A stretch of DNA of 64,000 nucleotides from Vicugna vicugna (Eukaryota). Positions within the stretch are counted from its first letter, which is position 1. Each line of letters begins with the position of its first letter. The position numbers were made by a program, and so were the translations under genes. The stretch lies in the NCBI GenBank assembly GCA_013265495.1, contig MU058796.1, forward strand, positions 186,001 through 250,000. Direction: 5' to 3'. Below are positions 1-13,013 of the stretch, piece by piece. The notes under the pieces were generated by a model, which was not told the origin of the DNA, made no database searches, and saw nothing but the letters and a program-made list of their open reading frames with translations.

Positions 1-2844
1 TGATTCAACAGGGGAAAAGTAACTTTAACAAAATGTGTGTACCTGTTTGAAATGTCTAAGACTTCAGAAATGTAGCAGGAAGTGATGAGACTACCAGATG
101 CAAGTAATGGTAGTAATTGCATGAATATAAAACAAAGAAATATAAAAGAGGCCTAATCTGAAGTTTAAGCAATATAAACAGATGCAAAGATATATTAGAA
201 AAATGGCAATACTGAAGTACAAAGGCGCTAAAATTGTGTATTCAATAATATTGTCAACTCACATAAACATTTCAAGGTTATACTCTAGAGTTTGAGGCAA
301 AGATTATCTGAATATTCATTTACTTGAAAAATGAGCAGGCTGAAGAGGAGATGTAGAAAAATGTACACATGTGTCAGTCTAAAGTACATTTTCCTCATAA
401 ATACTTAAAAACTGCTGGTTTCTTAGCTATACTTAGTAGTATCTTTATTTGATTCAATGAAATATTTTAGTAAAGAATGTACATTACTTATAAACTTTTT
501 GTTTGTTTGTAAAAAAAAAAGTAAAACTGCTGATCTTGAGTGATTTTTCTTTTATCCTTTTTCCAATCTAGTATTTTGATTATCTTTACCTATTATATTT
601 AAAACTCTTGTGACTTTGCATGTGTAGTTTGAATTAACAAAAATGAAGAAATGCAAATAGTAAATGTTAAATGTACATAGAAGTGATTTTTATGTGACTA
701 TTTTTGTAAAATGACCAAAGAAGTGGAAAACACTTAAAATTCTATTAACTTTTTAATATGAATTTTGAAGTAAATTTGTATATGTTTTATAAGTTCAAAA
801 TTCAGTTAAGTGTGAAGAACTTCCTTCTGGTGATGACAGTCTTAAACTGACATCACATGAGAAAAAGAAATGTAATAAAACCTAGAAATAGTTAGATTAT
901 TACTAGAAAAAAATGGAATGTAAATGAGAAATAGTTGGGCCCAGACGTGCTGTAGTACAAGTGTGTTTCTAATTATGGATAATCATCACTGTGTAATATT
1001 TAAACTTAAACTAAAAATGCTTCATTTCTGAACTTGGAAAAACTGATTCCATATGAATAAAATCATCCTCAAAATTGGATATAATGTTCAATATTCTGAG
1101 TTCAGAAAGATATTTAAAATAGTAAGGCATTTAATATCGCCATCCAGATACTGTTCTGTTGTGCTGATGCAGAGTGTACTACTGACGTCGATCAGAGATT
1201 TGCTGATGTAGGGACTGATGAACATACTTCCTTTCTGGATTTCTTCCTCATCCAGAAACAGAATAGGAAATTCTGTTTGGGGAATAGAAAAGTATGTGAG
1301 CAGTATAAAATGACTTGAATTATGGCCCTTTCTGACATCAAATATATAATGTATATTTTTAGTCTAGAAACAAATATTAAAAAAGTATATGTGAGTGATA
1401 GACAAAACTTGCAAAAAAGAAATTTAAAAATCCTTTTAAAAATACAGAATCCTAGTATTCTATTCATACTATTGAGAAATAGCCACATCTAAATGTTACA
1501 CAGCTCTGACTATCACAAGAGGCGGAGTTATTCAGTCTCAAGGAGATATGTGAAATACATATCAGGAGCAAAAACAAACAAACAAAATCCTTAAAAATGA
1601 AATGCAGTAGCATGATAGCTGAGCAGATGCAATATCTCATTGCCTGGCACAGCACAGTTACAAGACAGTACATCACAGTAGCCAAAAGCTAAACTCCTGG
1701 TGAAAGAATATTTTCTGTTCATCAAACATAGGCCACTGATTACATTAAGTATTTATCTCTATATATCACTGGCTACCTGCCTATCTTTAATTTCAGGCCC
1801 TTGAAATTTTATCTCATGAAATATTAAGATATGCTTGTGCTCTCCTATTTTTAGTCCTATTTTCTCAAAAGTGTTCTATTTGTATAATACATCAAAAAAG
1901 AAGACAGAGTGCCTGTATGTTTCTTCCCTTTGTTGGGACATGTGGAAGGAAGGGAGTGGAGGTTATTTTGGGTGCAAGTTTGTCTCTGGTCAGCTGAAAC
2001 ACATCAGTGAAGTAATTTCTATTTAAGTCTTGGCTTTGCCACTCAATTTGTGATAAGCCAGAACTGTCAAACAGAAATCAGGGCACAAATCAGTAATGTT
2101 TGCGAGAGAAATGCACAGAATCAGAAGAATTAACATTTATAAGATGAAGGGAGTGGTCATTCATAGTACAGGCCAGCAGTCTCATCAGGAGTTTGGGTCA
2201 GTAATTGTTACATACTTGTTCAGAATTCTGTGATTACTTAAAACACGGGGACAGCTCCGGTGGTTCTCACCCCGATTCTTGATGTAGAGAAAATAAGAGA
2301 AGTTGGGTTGAGCAGGACAAGGCTGAGGCACTTTCTGAAGCAATTTTACGTTAACAGCTCTCTTCACTTTCAAATGAGCTGAATACCAAGAGTGTCAACA
2401 TTCCGAAACTCGTGTCTTCTTCATGTTTTGACAATGTTCACTGACCTAATAGCACCAAGTTTTGCAAACTCTGTTGCCTAAATGCCAGTTCTGCATATTA
2501 AGTTAGCTCTGTCTTGCTAGAGGTGTCAAAATCTTGCTGATTTTCACTCACTGAAGTGGAAGACTTGCTTCTATCAATCAGCAACATTCGTGGCATTTTA
2601 TCTGTTCCATGTAACCTGATGCAAGAGATGGTGTCCCATTTTTTAAATTTTGACTGTTACTCATCGTTTTTAAAAGTGTAATCAGAAGTCTCTCAGTTCC
2701 TCTTCTGAAGGTAAATAGATTATTTTGAAATGGCTTTTCCCTGGGCAAGATCAAATGCCATGCTGAAACCAAACCATAAAGTAACTTTCCCATCATCCGC
2801 GATGTGTTTCATGGAATAAATAATACAGTCACACAATTTTGCGA

Positions 2845-3005
2845 GTGAAGAGAACCTTAAATATCACCTGTGATATTCATTTCATGTCACCACAGAGGAA
2901 AACAGAAGCTCAGAGAAATTAAGTAACTTTCCTAAGAGTACATGATATTTTTGGCAAGGTATGGGCTGGCACCCAGAAGTCTTGATTCTTAGCCCAGTAT
3001 TCTTG
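2845..3005 (-). mobile_element. MIR SINE fragment
   Basis: Antisense MIR core 'cagaggaaaacagaagctcagagaaattaagtaactttcctaag' followed by 'cacccagaagtcttgattcttagcccagt'. Confidence 0.7.
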
Positions 3006-5989
3006 TCAGATAGCTACAAATGTTACTCTAGAAAGTGTACATCAATACTTCCCTTTATGCACAGTTTCTCTCTGTCTCTGTCTCTCTCTCCAGCTCTACA
3101 GTTTTAATTTTTCTTCATCTTGGGAGATTTAGAATCCACAGTTCTTTTCTTGGAATACTTTGTTTTAATACATCAGATACCTTTTTAATTTTTTTTTTTT
3201 TTTTTGGTAATGTCTGTGCCCAAGGCCATTAATAGCGAAAGTGTTCGGAACTGATGCATTCCATATAATGAAGCTGCTAACCTACATTACAACTTTTTAC
3301 TTAACAAAATTAATTTGCCCATGTAAACCCCGGGTAGTTAAGTTTGCATCTAGAACGTACCAAGAACCACATTTGTGACACAGGTAGATAACAATTAATT
3401 CCTTTTAAGCTTTCAAATGCCTTAGAATGTCAGGTAAAGAATCTGAAAACTGCAGATCGTATTCGGATAAATCAGGATAGAGCAGATGGTTGAAGAAGGC
3501 ACAAAAGCGAGAAGGAAATCTCCTGTTCTTCCTTTCTGATTGCTTTGCCCACAGAGGAATAGCGATTCAAAGAAAATCAGTAATCATGGCGGATGTCATT
3601 AGCATATTCCCAATAAGGGAGCTTACATAAAAATTCCCAGAGAAAATGAATGACTGCTTGAAGATCAATGTGCAAAGAGCACATTTCCAGCTGCCTGCTG
3701 TCTCCCAAAATGTGAGCTATTTAAGACTTTTAAAAATTGAACTTTGTAAAAAAAAAATAGGCAAATATTGAGGGTTGTTTAAATTAATAATGATGATTAC
3801 TATAAGCAAAATAAAGCAGGTGTATTTGCAAGTTTGTCAATGATTAGAATGCTTCAGTATCTTATGTTTCACGGTTCTTAATTAAACTCCATTTGGGCTG
3901 CAACAAAGTCCAAAGACTTATTAAAATATTGAATATCCCTTTTCTTCTTACCCCTTTGTAAGGGAGGATTAACTAAGTTACAAGGAAGCACCTTCAGTGC
4001 TTTATTGTGAATTCATGTGGTAAAATGTGATTTTTCCCCCTTTTTAATTGATGAGCAGAAATCCTTGAAACAACCCATCTACTCTAAAGAAAAACTTACA
4101 AGAAACAATTTTAATAGGGGAAAAATTCTAATTCAGGTATCCATGGATTTAAAGTGCCTATTTGGAGAAAAGATTTTGGAAGATGTGCTTTTCATTAAAA
4201 GCTAAGCAAGAAAATATAGGTGCTTACTTAAAGTGATACATCACACTTTAGATGAGAGTTTGTCATTGGTATACATTCTCATTCCTTCCTTGTGCAGTTT
4301 CTAGATTTCTAGTTATCAAGGGGATACAAAACTCCACTGTTGTCTGTCAGGCTGAATATTTAACCCTCAAACGTGAAAATAAAGAATTCCCCCTTTATAG
4401 GAAGAATAGCAGTCACCAAATATGCAAACACTGTTATCAATAATAGATCTCCCTCATAAAGTAACCATGAGACAGACTATTGGCAGGTTCTCTTGCTAAG
4501 TAGAGAGGACCTAGGTAATGTTATCATTGATTGGATCTGTAGGAGGCAGATGGTTAAATAACACAATGGGAAATGTCACAATAGTTTTAATTTTATTATT
4601 GAAACCCAAACTTTCAGCAGCGGTAGACAGATTGCCTTCATTTTTCATCCACAAAACAGCCATCTTGAACATTCATCAAAAAGAACTTTTTCTTACACTG
4701 GCATTGCAACCAATAAAATCTTTTATGCATGGCAAGTTGGCAGAAACTGTTAATAAAATGTCTGTCAACTGCACATCTCTTTTTTTCTTTAGCAAAAAGG
4801 TGGGGGGATCATTAATTACAGTTTCTGTCACGCACAAAAGACACAGTGATTGTCCTAGTTTCTTAACAGCCTGAGTTCACCTAGTGACCACCTCTTCTGT
4901 TGAATTTGAAAAGGGATAGGTCCTTATCCATCTAAACAAAAAGCTACAGAGCAATCTGAACACATTGCCTGTGTCTGCCTGGGCAACAAATGTGGTATTT
5001 TAGGTTGACTTTGAAAGAGGATTATGAATATGGATAGAATGCAAATACTTCATCTATCTTAATCAGAATACAGGAATTCAAGCTGTTGAGGAAAAAAAAG
5101 ACCTTAGAATTCCCATACAAGGAAAGAAATTTTATAGTGCTTATTGAATTTAGAAGACACAGATTAGAAATGAACTTAATGAATCCGTTCATCAGAAGGC
5201 AAGCAACAGACGTAGCAACAAGTGTAGATCAATTACCCTGATGACAAATAAATATAATGAACTTTCAGAGTGGGAAACAACTCTTTAACACAATTTAAAA
5301 AGCAATTTCCCCTGCTTTGGTGAATTTACTTTGTCCACACCTTTCCACCTGATAAAATTGTTTTTTCCTTTATTAACTATTTTAAAAACCATCTCCATCC
5401 TCTTAAAATGATCTCTCCTCACACAAGTTTTGCAGGGTGTTGTGCATAGTGAAAAAGAAAAAGCATAACTATACAATTTTTGTCACCAAATGTAAAGAGA
5501 ACAAAAGGGCCAGGAGTGACTTGTATCGGAATTTGTAGCAAGGTGTTAGCAATAACACTGTGTAGAAAGCTGCCAACTTTCTTTATTATTTCAATTTATC
5601 TGCTCCAAGTAAGTCAACAAAAAGGTCTAGGTAAACAGGTTCCCCTCTTCTGTGTTCCCCATTTCTTTCACGTTTAACGGATGCATTTGCTCCAGGCACT
5701 AGAGTGTTGAAATGCAAGAGCATTCTTTGTTTTTCATTTAAGGAAACTTTTCAGTTTAAAATACTTCTTAATATGAACACAAATAATTACCAATCCATCA
5801 TGCTGTAGGTTTTTTTATTATATGCTATAATTATTTCATGAAGTTTATTTAAGGATCTCTTTATGCAGGGTGGCAAATTTGAGGAGTAGTTCTAATCTTA
5901 AGGAATAAAACACTTTATAATAATCTATCAATGTAGGAAGAAAAGGATAGTTACATGGTCTTAATCTACAGGTTTATTACAGACTTATG

Positions 5990-6202
5990 TTTTAGTATAT
6001 GTAGAGTCAAATTTTAACTCCACTTGTTATTACCTGTGTGACTTTAAGCAAGTTGTTTAACCTTTCTGTGCTTCATTTCCCTCATCTACAAAAGGAGGAA
6101 AATACTAGTAGTTACTTCATATAAGAATTAAGTGATTTAAATTATATAAAGTGCCCAGAATACTACTGGGGCATAGTAAGATCTGAGTAATTGTTATTAT
6201 TA
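5990..6202 (+). mobile_element. MIR SINE
   Basis: MIR core 'acctgtgtgactttaagcaagttgtttaacctttctgtgcttcatttccctcatctacaaaa' and 3' end 'gggcatagtaag...ttattatt'. Confidence 0.85.
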
Positions 6203-6596
6203 CAAACTGGTCTATTTTTATTTGATCTAAAACCAAAAATGAAAAGATGTGAACTAAGTTTAACATTCAAAAGATTAAGGCATACTTTAAATCTTTACTC
6301 ATCCTTAACTGCTGACAAAATAGATATGGTAAAAATTCTAATGAGAATTCTACAAAATGAAACTAGGGACCACTCATTATGAGTGAGATATTGTGAGCAG
6401 CTTTTCCGGTAGGAGATTGAAAACAATGGAGGAAAATAATATTGGTAATGGTCAATGTGTGTTGTTTCAGTTAGAAAAAATGACTATAAAAATCTGACCG
6501 GTATCATGACTGGTATTGATTATAACATTTGAATCCAAGGTAAGAGGTGACTGTGCTCTTTCTTTATGTAACATATGTATATGCACATATTACATG

Positions 6597-6620
6597 AGTG
6601 TGTGTGTGTGTGTGTGTGTG
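6597..6620 (+). repeat. (TG)n microsatellite
   Basis: About 12 perfect GT units. Confidence 0.95.
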
Positions 6621-8347
6621 ACCTTTATAATCTTCTTTAAAAAAACTTCTATTGAATAGAACTTTTTACTACCACTGGTTAAAAATGTCATATCATGAGA
6701 ATCTGGCAAGCATTCAGAACCATTTAATCTTTCATCAAGGTTTAATCAGAAGAGGTTTTTATCTCTTTTGTGCATTGTCAAGTGCCCACCACAATTTGTC
6801 TCCCCCATACTGGACTGACAGATTGAGCGAATAAGCAAAGAGCCGGAACATTTGAGCATAATTGCAGTGTCAGCACTGTTAACTGTATTTATGAGAAGAG
6901 AGTTAACACTGTGACATTAATAATTTCATCAGATTACACATGTTTGCTTGACAAACAAGCAAGCTATTCTCTTTAAATTATCTGTGACTAGTGCCGTTTT
7001 CAGTTGGAGAACAGCCATGAATTCCAGTTTAAAAAGAAAAATAAACTCACCAAAACACTATTCAACTTATATTGTTATGTTTTGGGGGAGGGAAAAAATT
7101 AAATCTTTAAATATTTGCATTGAGCCAGACTTTATAAATCCTGGTTTCCTGTCAATAAGAAAGAAAAAATGATCAGAAACGAACAATAAAACGGAAGGGC
7201 CAGGAAGTATAATTGTGTCTAGCTGTACTGTAGTTCAAAAATAGCTTCAGGCAGAGACATGAAGTCTTTTAGTTTGCCTTGGCTTTTTAAACTACTAGAT
7301 GCTCACCTGCAGTGGTTTCTGTGATTTGTGGCAGCTTACCAAAGGCACAGGATAATAAAGACAGTTTGTTACCCTCTAATTTTGGAGGGGCATAACACAT
7401 GAAGCTTGTACAGCAATCTCTTACCTACATATTTCACTCCATAAGGGGAAACAATAAGAGAGAACATGACATGTATTAGAGAAGTAAATTACAATGTTAT
7501 ACTCTTTGGTCCAATAAACCATTGTGGGCTGTCATGCTCCTGACTACTGAAGTGTTGTTTTATGCTACAGCTTAATCAGCTGGGTCTAGGCTATGCTTTC
7601 ATATGCCGGTGCCTGCGGCAGCATAAATGCTATGATTCACACACATGATCACTGGAACCTACGTGGTCAGGTCCACACAACCTGCCATGGAACTTATTGG
7701 CCTGGGTGATGGATCTCCTTGCACTTAATTTAGAAGAAGGAATGGGACTTGAACCCAACTGTTAAAATTATCACAAAGCTTTGAGCCACCTGTTTGTCTT
7801 ATTTAATAGGAGTATCTTGCTGGTGTTGGTTCTAACAAAAGTAGTTTTTCATCATTGGAGCCTTGAATCTATGCCCTTGTGAGAACCTCACAGGCAGGAA
7901 GCATCTGTATTTATGTAGTTTATGCAAGGCAGCATGATGTGAACCTCAGTGCAGAAAGTTAAAAAGAGATATATGGATTCCAACACTAGCAAACCCAAAA
8001 CAAAAGCCCATCACTTCTATGAATATATATAAAATAAGGTGTCAGAAGAAATATTTGGCCTACCTTTTCAGTATTCTTATGGCAGTAGGTATATTGATAA
8101 TATACCAAAAACAAATAAAATGACAGATATATATACATACATATACATATAATCTGCAATTACACAGAGTGTTACTATTATGCTCTCTTTAAAAACCTGA
8201 TAGATCTGATGAGAAAGAAAGAATAATATATTCTACGACTGAAAATAATCTCAGCTCAGTATCAGTCAATTAGATATCATATCACCAGATTTTTACACAG
8301 AATGAGGAGAAAAAAATATTTATGAGACATAAAAAATAAACAAATTT

Positions 8348-9112
8348 CCCTACTAGAATAGATATTGTCAAAAAAACAAAAAATAAGTGGTGGTGAGGAT
8401 GTAGGAAAAAATGGAACACTTGTTCCTTGATGATTAGAGTGTAAAATGGTGTAGCCACTGTTGAAACAGTTTGGTGGTCCTCAAAAAAGTAAACCTAGAA
8501 TTATTATGAGTTGGTAATTCCACTTTCTGGTATATACCCAAAAGAATTGAAAGAAGAGACTTGAACAGGTATTTGCACACCATTGTTTATGGGAGCAGCA
8601 TTCACAATAGCCAAAAGGTGGAAACAGCCTAAATGTCCATCTATGGGTAAATGGGATAAGTAAAATGTGGTGTGTATATGTATGTGTATGTATGTATGTG
8701 TATATATAGAGGGAGAGGGAGGGAGGGAGAGAAAATTATTCAGGCTTCAAAAAGAATAAAATTCTGACACATACTACCCCATAGACAAATCTTAGAGATG
8801 TTGTATTAAGTAACATAAGGTGACTCAAAAGAACAACTATTATATGATTCTACTTATAAAAGATACCTGAAAATAGTCAAATTCATTGAGATAGAAAGTA
8901 GAATAGTGGTTTCCAGGGACTAAGGAGAAGGGTGAATGGGGAATTATTATTGGGTAGAAAGTTTCAGTTTGGGATGATGAAAAAGTTCTGGAGATGATTA
9001 GTGGCAATGGTTGTAAAACAATGTGAATGCACTTAATGTCACTAAACTACAATTAAAAATGTCTAAAATGGAAAATTTTATGTTATATGTACTTTACCAC
9101 AATAAAAAGATA
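8348..9112 (+). mobile_element. L1 3' end (L1MB-like), 5'-truncated
   Basis: ORF2 C-terminal motifs 'ggtgaggatgtagg...gtaaaatggtgtagccactg...tatatacccaaaagaattgaaa' and L1MB-type 3'UTR 'gggatgatgaaaaagttctggagatg...tttaccacaataaaaag'; internal TATG/GGGA microsatellite. Confidence 0.9.
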
Positions 9113-9671
9113 AAGCAAGTTTCTTAAAGAAAAATAGGGCCCCTTAACACAAAAAAATATGCTATACAGAACTAATTATTTAATTGTATCAAAAGTTTCT
9201 AAATATAAATTTAGAAACTTCAATTAGGGTAAAATCTCAAAGTTGTGGTTCTCAAACTGTTGTAGTATGTTCAAGCCAGGTCAAAAATTCTTACGCATTA
9301 GATTCATATCCCTTGTCCTGGAGACCAGAAGTGCTCGTTATTACCCTCAAAATTACAGTTTTAAAGCCAAAGTTCACTGCTTCTGCAATGTTGATTATTT
9401 AAGGACATATTTGATGCCTATGTTAGAGAAATATAAGTATGAAAGTGTTTTTATTTATAAAATTCGTTCAGTTCACTTTTCTATACAACTTAGCATTTTA
9501 ACCCTCAAACTATAAGACTTTTCATGAGTTTTACCAAGGACATCTGAAGATTTATCTAGAAATAACTCTCAATTATTTACTAGTATATCATTCTACAATA
9601 TTTCTGCTATATGATTTTACTAGCTCTCTGGGTCAGCTGTGTGTGTTGAGACTTCAATGCAAGTTATTTCT

Positions 9672-10151
9672 TGTTTTTAATTGAAATATAATTGATTTAC
9701 AATATCGTGTCAGTTCTGGTATGCAGCATAGTGATTCAGTCATACATGAATATGTGTATATATATATATATACATATACTTTTTCATATCTTTTTCATTA
9801 TAGGTTATTATAAGATATTGAACATAGTTCCCTGTGCTATGTGGTAGGACCTTTTTATTTATCTATTTTATATATAGTAGTTTGTATATGCTAATCTCCA
9901 ACTCCTAATTTATCACTCCCCCTTCAATGGTTACCCTTTTGGCAACCAAAAGTTTGTTTTCTATGTCTGAGTCGATTTCTGTTTTGTAAATAAGTTTATT
10001 TGTGTCCGTTTTCCACATATAAGTGATACCATATGATACTAGTTTTTCTCTGTCTGATTTACTTCACTTAGTATTTATCGATAATCTCTAGGTCCATCCA
10101 TGTTGCTGCAAATGACATTAGTTCATTCTTTTTTATTACTGAGTAGTATTC

Positions 10152-10187
<36 letters not shown>

Positions 10188-10477
10188 TCACACACACACA
10201 CACATACATACATATAAATACCTGTCGATAGACATTCAGGTTGCTTCCATTCTTGGCTATTATAAATAGTGCTGCTGTGAACACTGGGGTGCATGTATCT
10301 TTTTGAATTAGAGTTTTCTCCAGGTGTATGCCCAAGGGTAGGATTACTGGATTATACAGTAACTCTATTTTTATTTTGTTAAAGAATCTCCATACTGTTT
10401 TGCATAGTGGCTGCACCAAATTACATTCCCACTAACAGTGTAGGAGGGTTCCGTTTCTCCACACCCACTCCAGCATT
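9672..10477 (-). mobile_element. L1 3' end, cetartiodactyl/camelid-type, 5'-truncated, with 19-bp TSD
   Basis: Minus-strand ORF 10123-10419 (MVQPLCKTVWRF...DTCTPVFTAALFIIAK) matches the L1 ORF2 C-terminus; perfect direct repeat ttcaatgcaagttatttct at 9653-9671 and 10478-10496. Confidence 0.95.
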
Positions 10478-11177
10478 TTCAATGCAAGTTATTTCTGCTT
10501 AGAGCTGCTATAACTTGAAATCATTTCAGTAATAGCTCTGTTTTGAAAGTGTGGTGTATGCCTTACAATGTTTGAATTTTGGCTCACCAATCAAAGTACA
10601 AAGCACGTCTTCCTTTCTACATTAACATCAATTACAATAACAGGATCCTGAAACGTGGAATTGAGAAAATCTGAGGTTTTTTTATTTTGTTTTGTTTTTA
10701 CTTCTTTATATCTACCTCAGTTTTTGTTCTTTAAAAATGGGATGAATATCATTATACCATTTTCATTCAATTCATTTAGAAAGCACTACACTATATACAA
10801 GATGGGCCTAAATACTGTACAAAGATCATTACTTGTAGACCTGGTCTTTTCCTTCCTTATAGAGGAGTTTCTGTTCCTGTTCTGAGAGAGACAGACTGGT
10901 GAGCATGAAGAATTATAGGAATTCAGAGAACAAAAAGCAGAGTAACCAAAACTGTGGCATTTACTTTAAATACAGGTCAAGAGTAAACTTATTTTAATGT
11001 GAAATCCAAGAATATGATGAAACTGGAAAGAGCAGAACCTGGATGGTAGCACCTTTCTAATTAGCGCAAGAAAAACTGCCTCATAAAATATTTAGAACTT
11101 GAAGGAAAGGAATGAGTTTACTCTGGTAAAAGATTAATTTAAAATTCTGTGAGGTCAATAAATTACCACTTAAGATG

Positions 11178-11365
11178 ACATTTCCCAAAATGTGTTCCAA
11201 AGAATACTTGGTTCTAATAGAAAAAAAGTCCCATGTTCCATTTGGCTTGTACACTTATCTCTGTTGGAGATTGACAATGAACATCAAAGGCCCTGTTAAG
11301 TCCTGAGTTAAAGAAGATAGTTGAGTTTTATTTTAATCCAGTGTTTCCCAAACTTGTTTGACCTT
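11178..11365. mobile_element. Probable old hAT-Charlie (MER5-like) DNA transposon fragment
   Basis: 'catttcccaaaatgtgttcc' and 'cagtgtttcccaaacttgtttgacc' resemble Charlie/MER5-group termini; recalled, not searched. Confidence 0.4.
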
Positions 11366-11394
11366 TAATGCTTCCTTCTTTGCCTGCTTATCCT

Positions 11395-11650
11395 ATATTC
11401 ATCCATCTAACAAATGTTCATAGAGAGCCTAGTCCAGATCAAGCACTGTTCTAGGCCCTGGGGATATAGTAGTGAAAAAAAACAGACTTTGCCTTGACAG
11501 ACTATATTGTTATGAGGAGACAAACAATAAATAAATCAAGCACTACAATGTGTCAGAAAGAGTTAAGTGCAATGGGAAAAAAACTTTTTAAAATAATAGC
11601 AAAGGGAAGGAGCAGGTGGTCAGAAGTAAGATGACATTTGAGGCACAGGT
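11395..11650 (-). mobile_element. L2 3' end
   Basis: Antisense L2 tail 'ttcatccatctaacaaatgttcatagagagcct...agcactgttctaggccctggggatatagtagtgaa'. Confidence 0.8.
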
Positions 11651-12269
11651 GAGATTCACTGACTCGATCAATTTCTGAGGGCCTAGTGGAAGCCCCAGGG
11701 AAATAGAAGAACCAACACTCTCCTGGAGGGGAGACCCTCAGCACTGCCCCCTGACAGGCGACTTCTACATGGAAGCACTAGCATTAAACAGTTCAAATAA
11801 GGTTCATCTTCTGAAAGCAAACTAACTCCTTGGGGCCTCCAGGATCTTGTTCATTTATGAATTCATTTACAGATTGTTTACTTCTTGGCTTCTAATTATT
11901 TGGTGACCTCGTGCTATGAAAGTGTGTTACTCTCAAGTCCTCTATTGCATTTTATATGGTGGCCATTTATCTTGCTCTTCAGGAGGGAGGCAGCACATGG
12001 AAGCAACTGGTCACACATCATTTGTCATAGCCAGAAAGGTAGCCATCGAGTGCTGAGCTGTGTTGAGTGGAACAATGACAAGGGACTGACACGTTTGCTG
12101 TCTGAGTTGATTCTTGATACCACAAGAAGGGCTTCCATTTACTATTGTAATGGAGATTGAATGACACTCCTTCAAAGATAAAGTAATTTAGAAAGGTGGA
12201 AGGTTTACCTTATGCTACCTGCGGACACATCACATTTCCTATTTCCCTGGTGAAAATATTGCCTACTTT

Positions 12270-13013
12270 TAGAGCCAGCTACATAGTTTATGGGATTAAG
12301 TGCAAAATTAAAACATGGGACCTATTGTTCAAAAAGCAGAAAAAAATGGTGTTAAAAGTTCCAAAATATACAGCTTTCTTTTCCTTTCCTCCAACGTCTC
12401 TTTCTCTTGACTTGTGGTGGTGTTTATTTGCTGCTTAATATCATTCCAAAATAATGTAAAATTTAAAAACTATTAGCATGAATTTTATTTTTCAGTTTTA
12501 TATTATACAATGCCCATTTTAAGTGCAAATATAAGAATATTTAAGTCACTTGGAATCACTGAAATTACACAATTCATATTCCATAACTTAGATACATACT
12601 TGCATTTTATTCTCACCAGAACAGTGAAAATGCTACACAAAACTAAATTAAATATTTTCGTCTCACTTCTTGATACATGCCTATTCTATCATCACTTTCT
12701 ATGTTACTGAAGAGTAAGGAAGTATTAAAAGGAAAAAATGCCTATATATTGCCCCATGTTTCAGTTTCCTTCTCTGTCTTCATTATCACCACCAACTCAT
12801 AACAGACTTAACATGCTTATCTTGTACTCACTTTGAGACTTGCTGAACTCTCACTTTATGGGTCCACCAAATTTTGTGTTCATAAGGCATCACAAATACC
12901 TATGTGGGGAGGCAAGAAACAATAGACACATAAAATACATGCATGTGCATGTTCCATGGTCCCATCAGACTTCATTCATAACAAGTTCAAAGATAAAATT
13001 ACTAAGAATTTCA
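12270..13013. mobile_element. hAT-Tip100 DNA transposon (MER115/Zaphod-like), left part
   Basis: Starts 'agagccagctacatagtttatgggattaagtgcaaaattaaaacatgggacctattgttcaaaa' and runs to 'aagttcaaagataaaattactaagaatttca', as in the recalled MER115/Zaphod consensus; cut by an L1. Confidence 0.65.

Noticed and set aside
2550..2705. Minus-strand coding exon
   Set aside because: Splice-like ends exist but all three frames hit stops and no homology is recognised; at most non-coding
6904..6916. TAACACTGT resembling the miR-141/200a 5' end
   Set aside because: Match ends after 9 nt and the rest does not fit the family
8711..8727. G-quadruplex motif
   Set aside because: Part of a microsatellite expansion within an old L1; no sign of function
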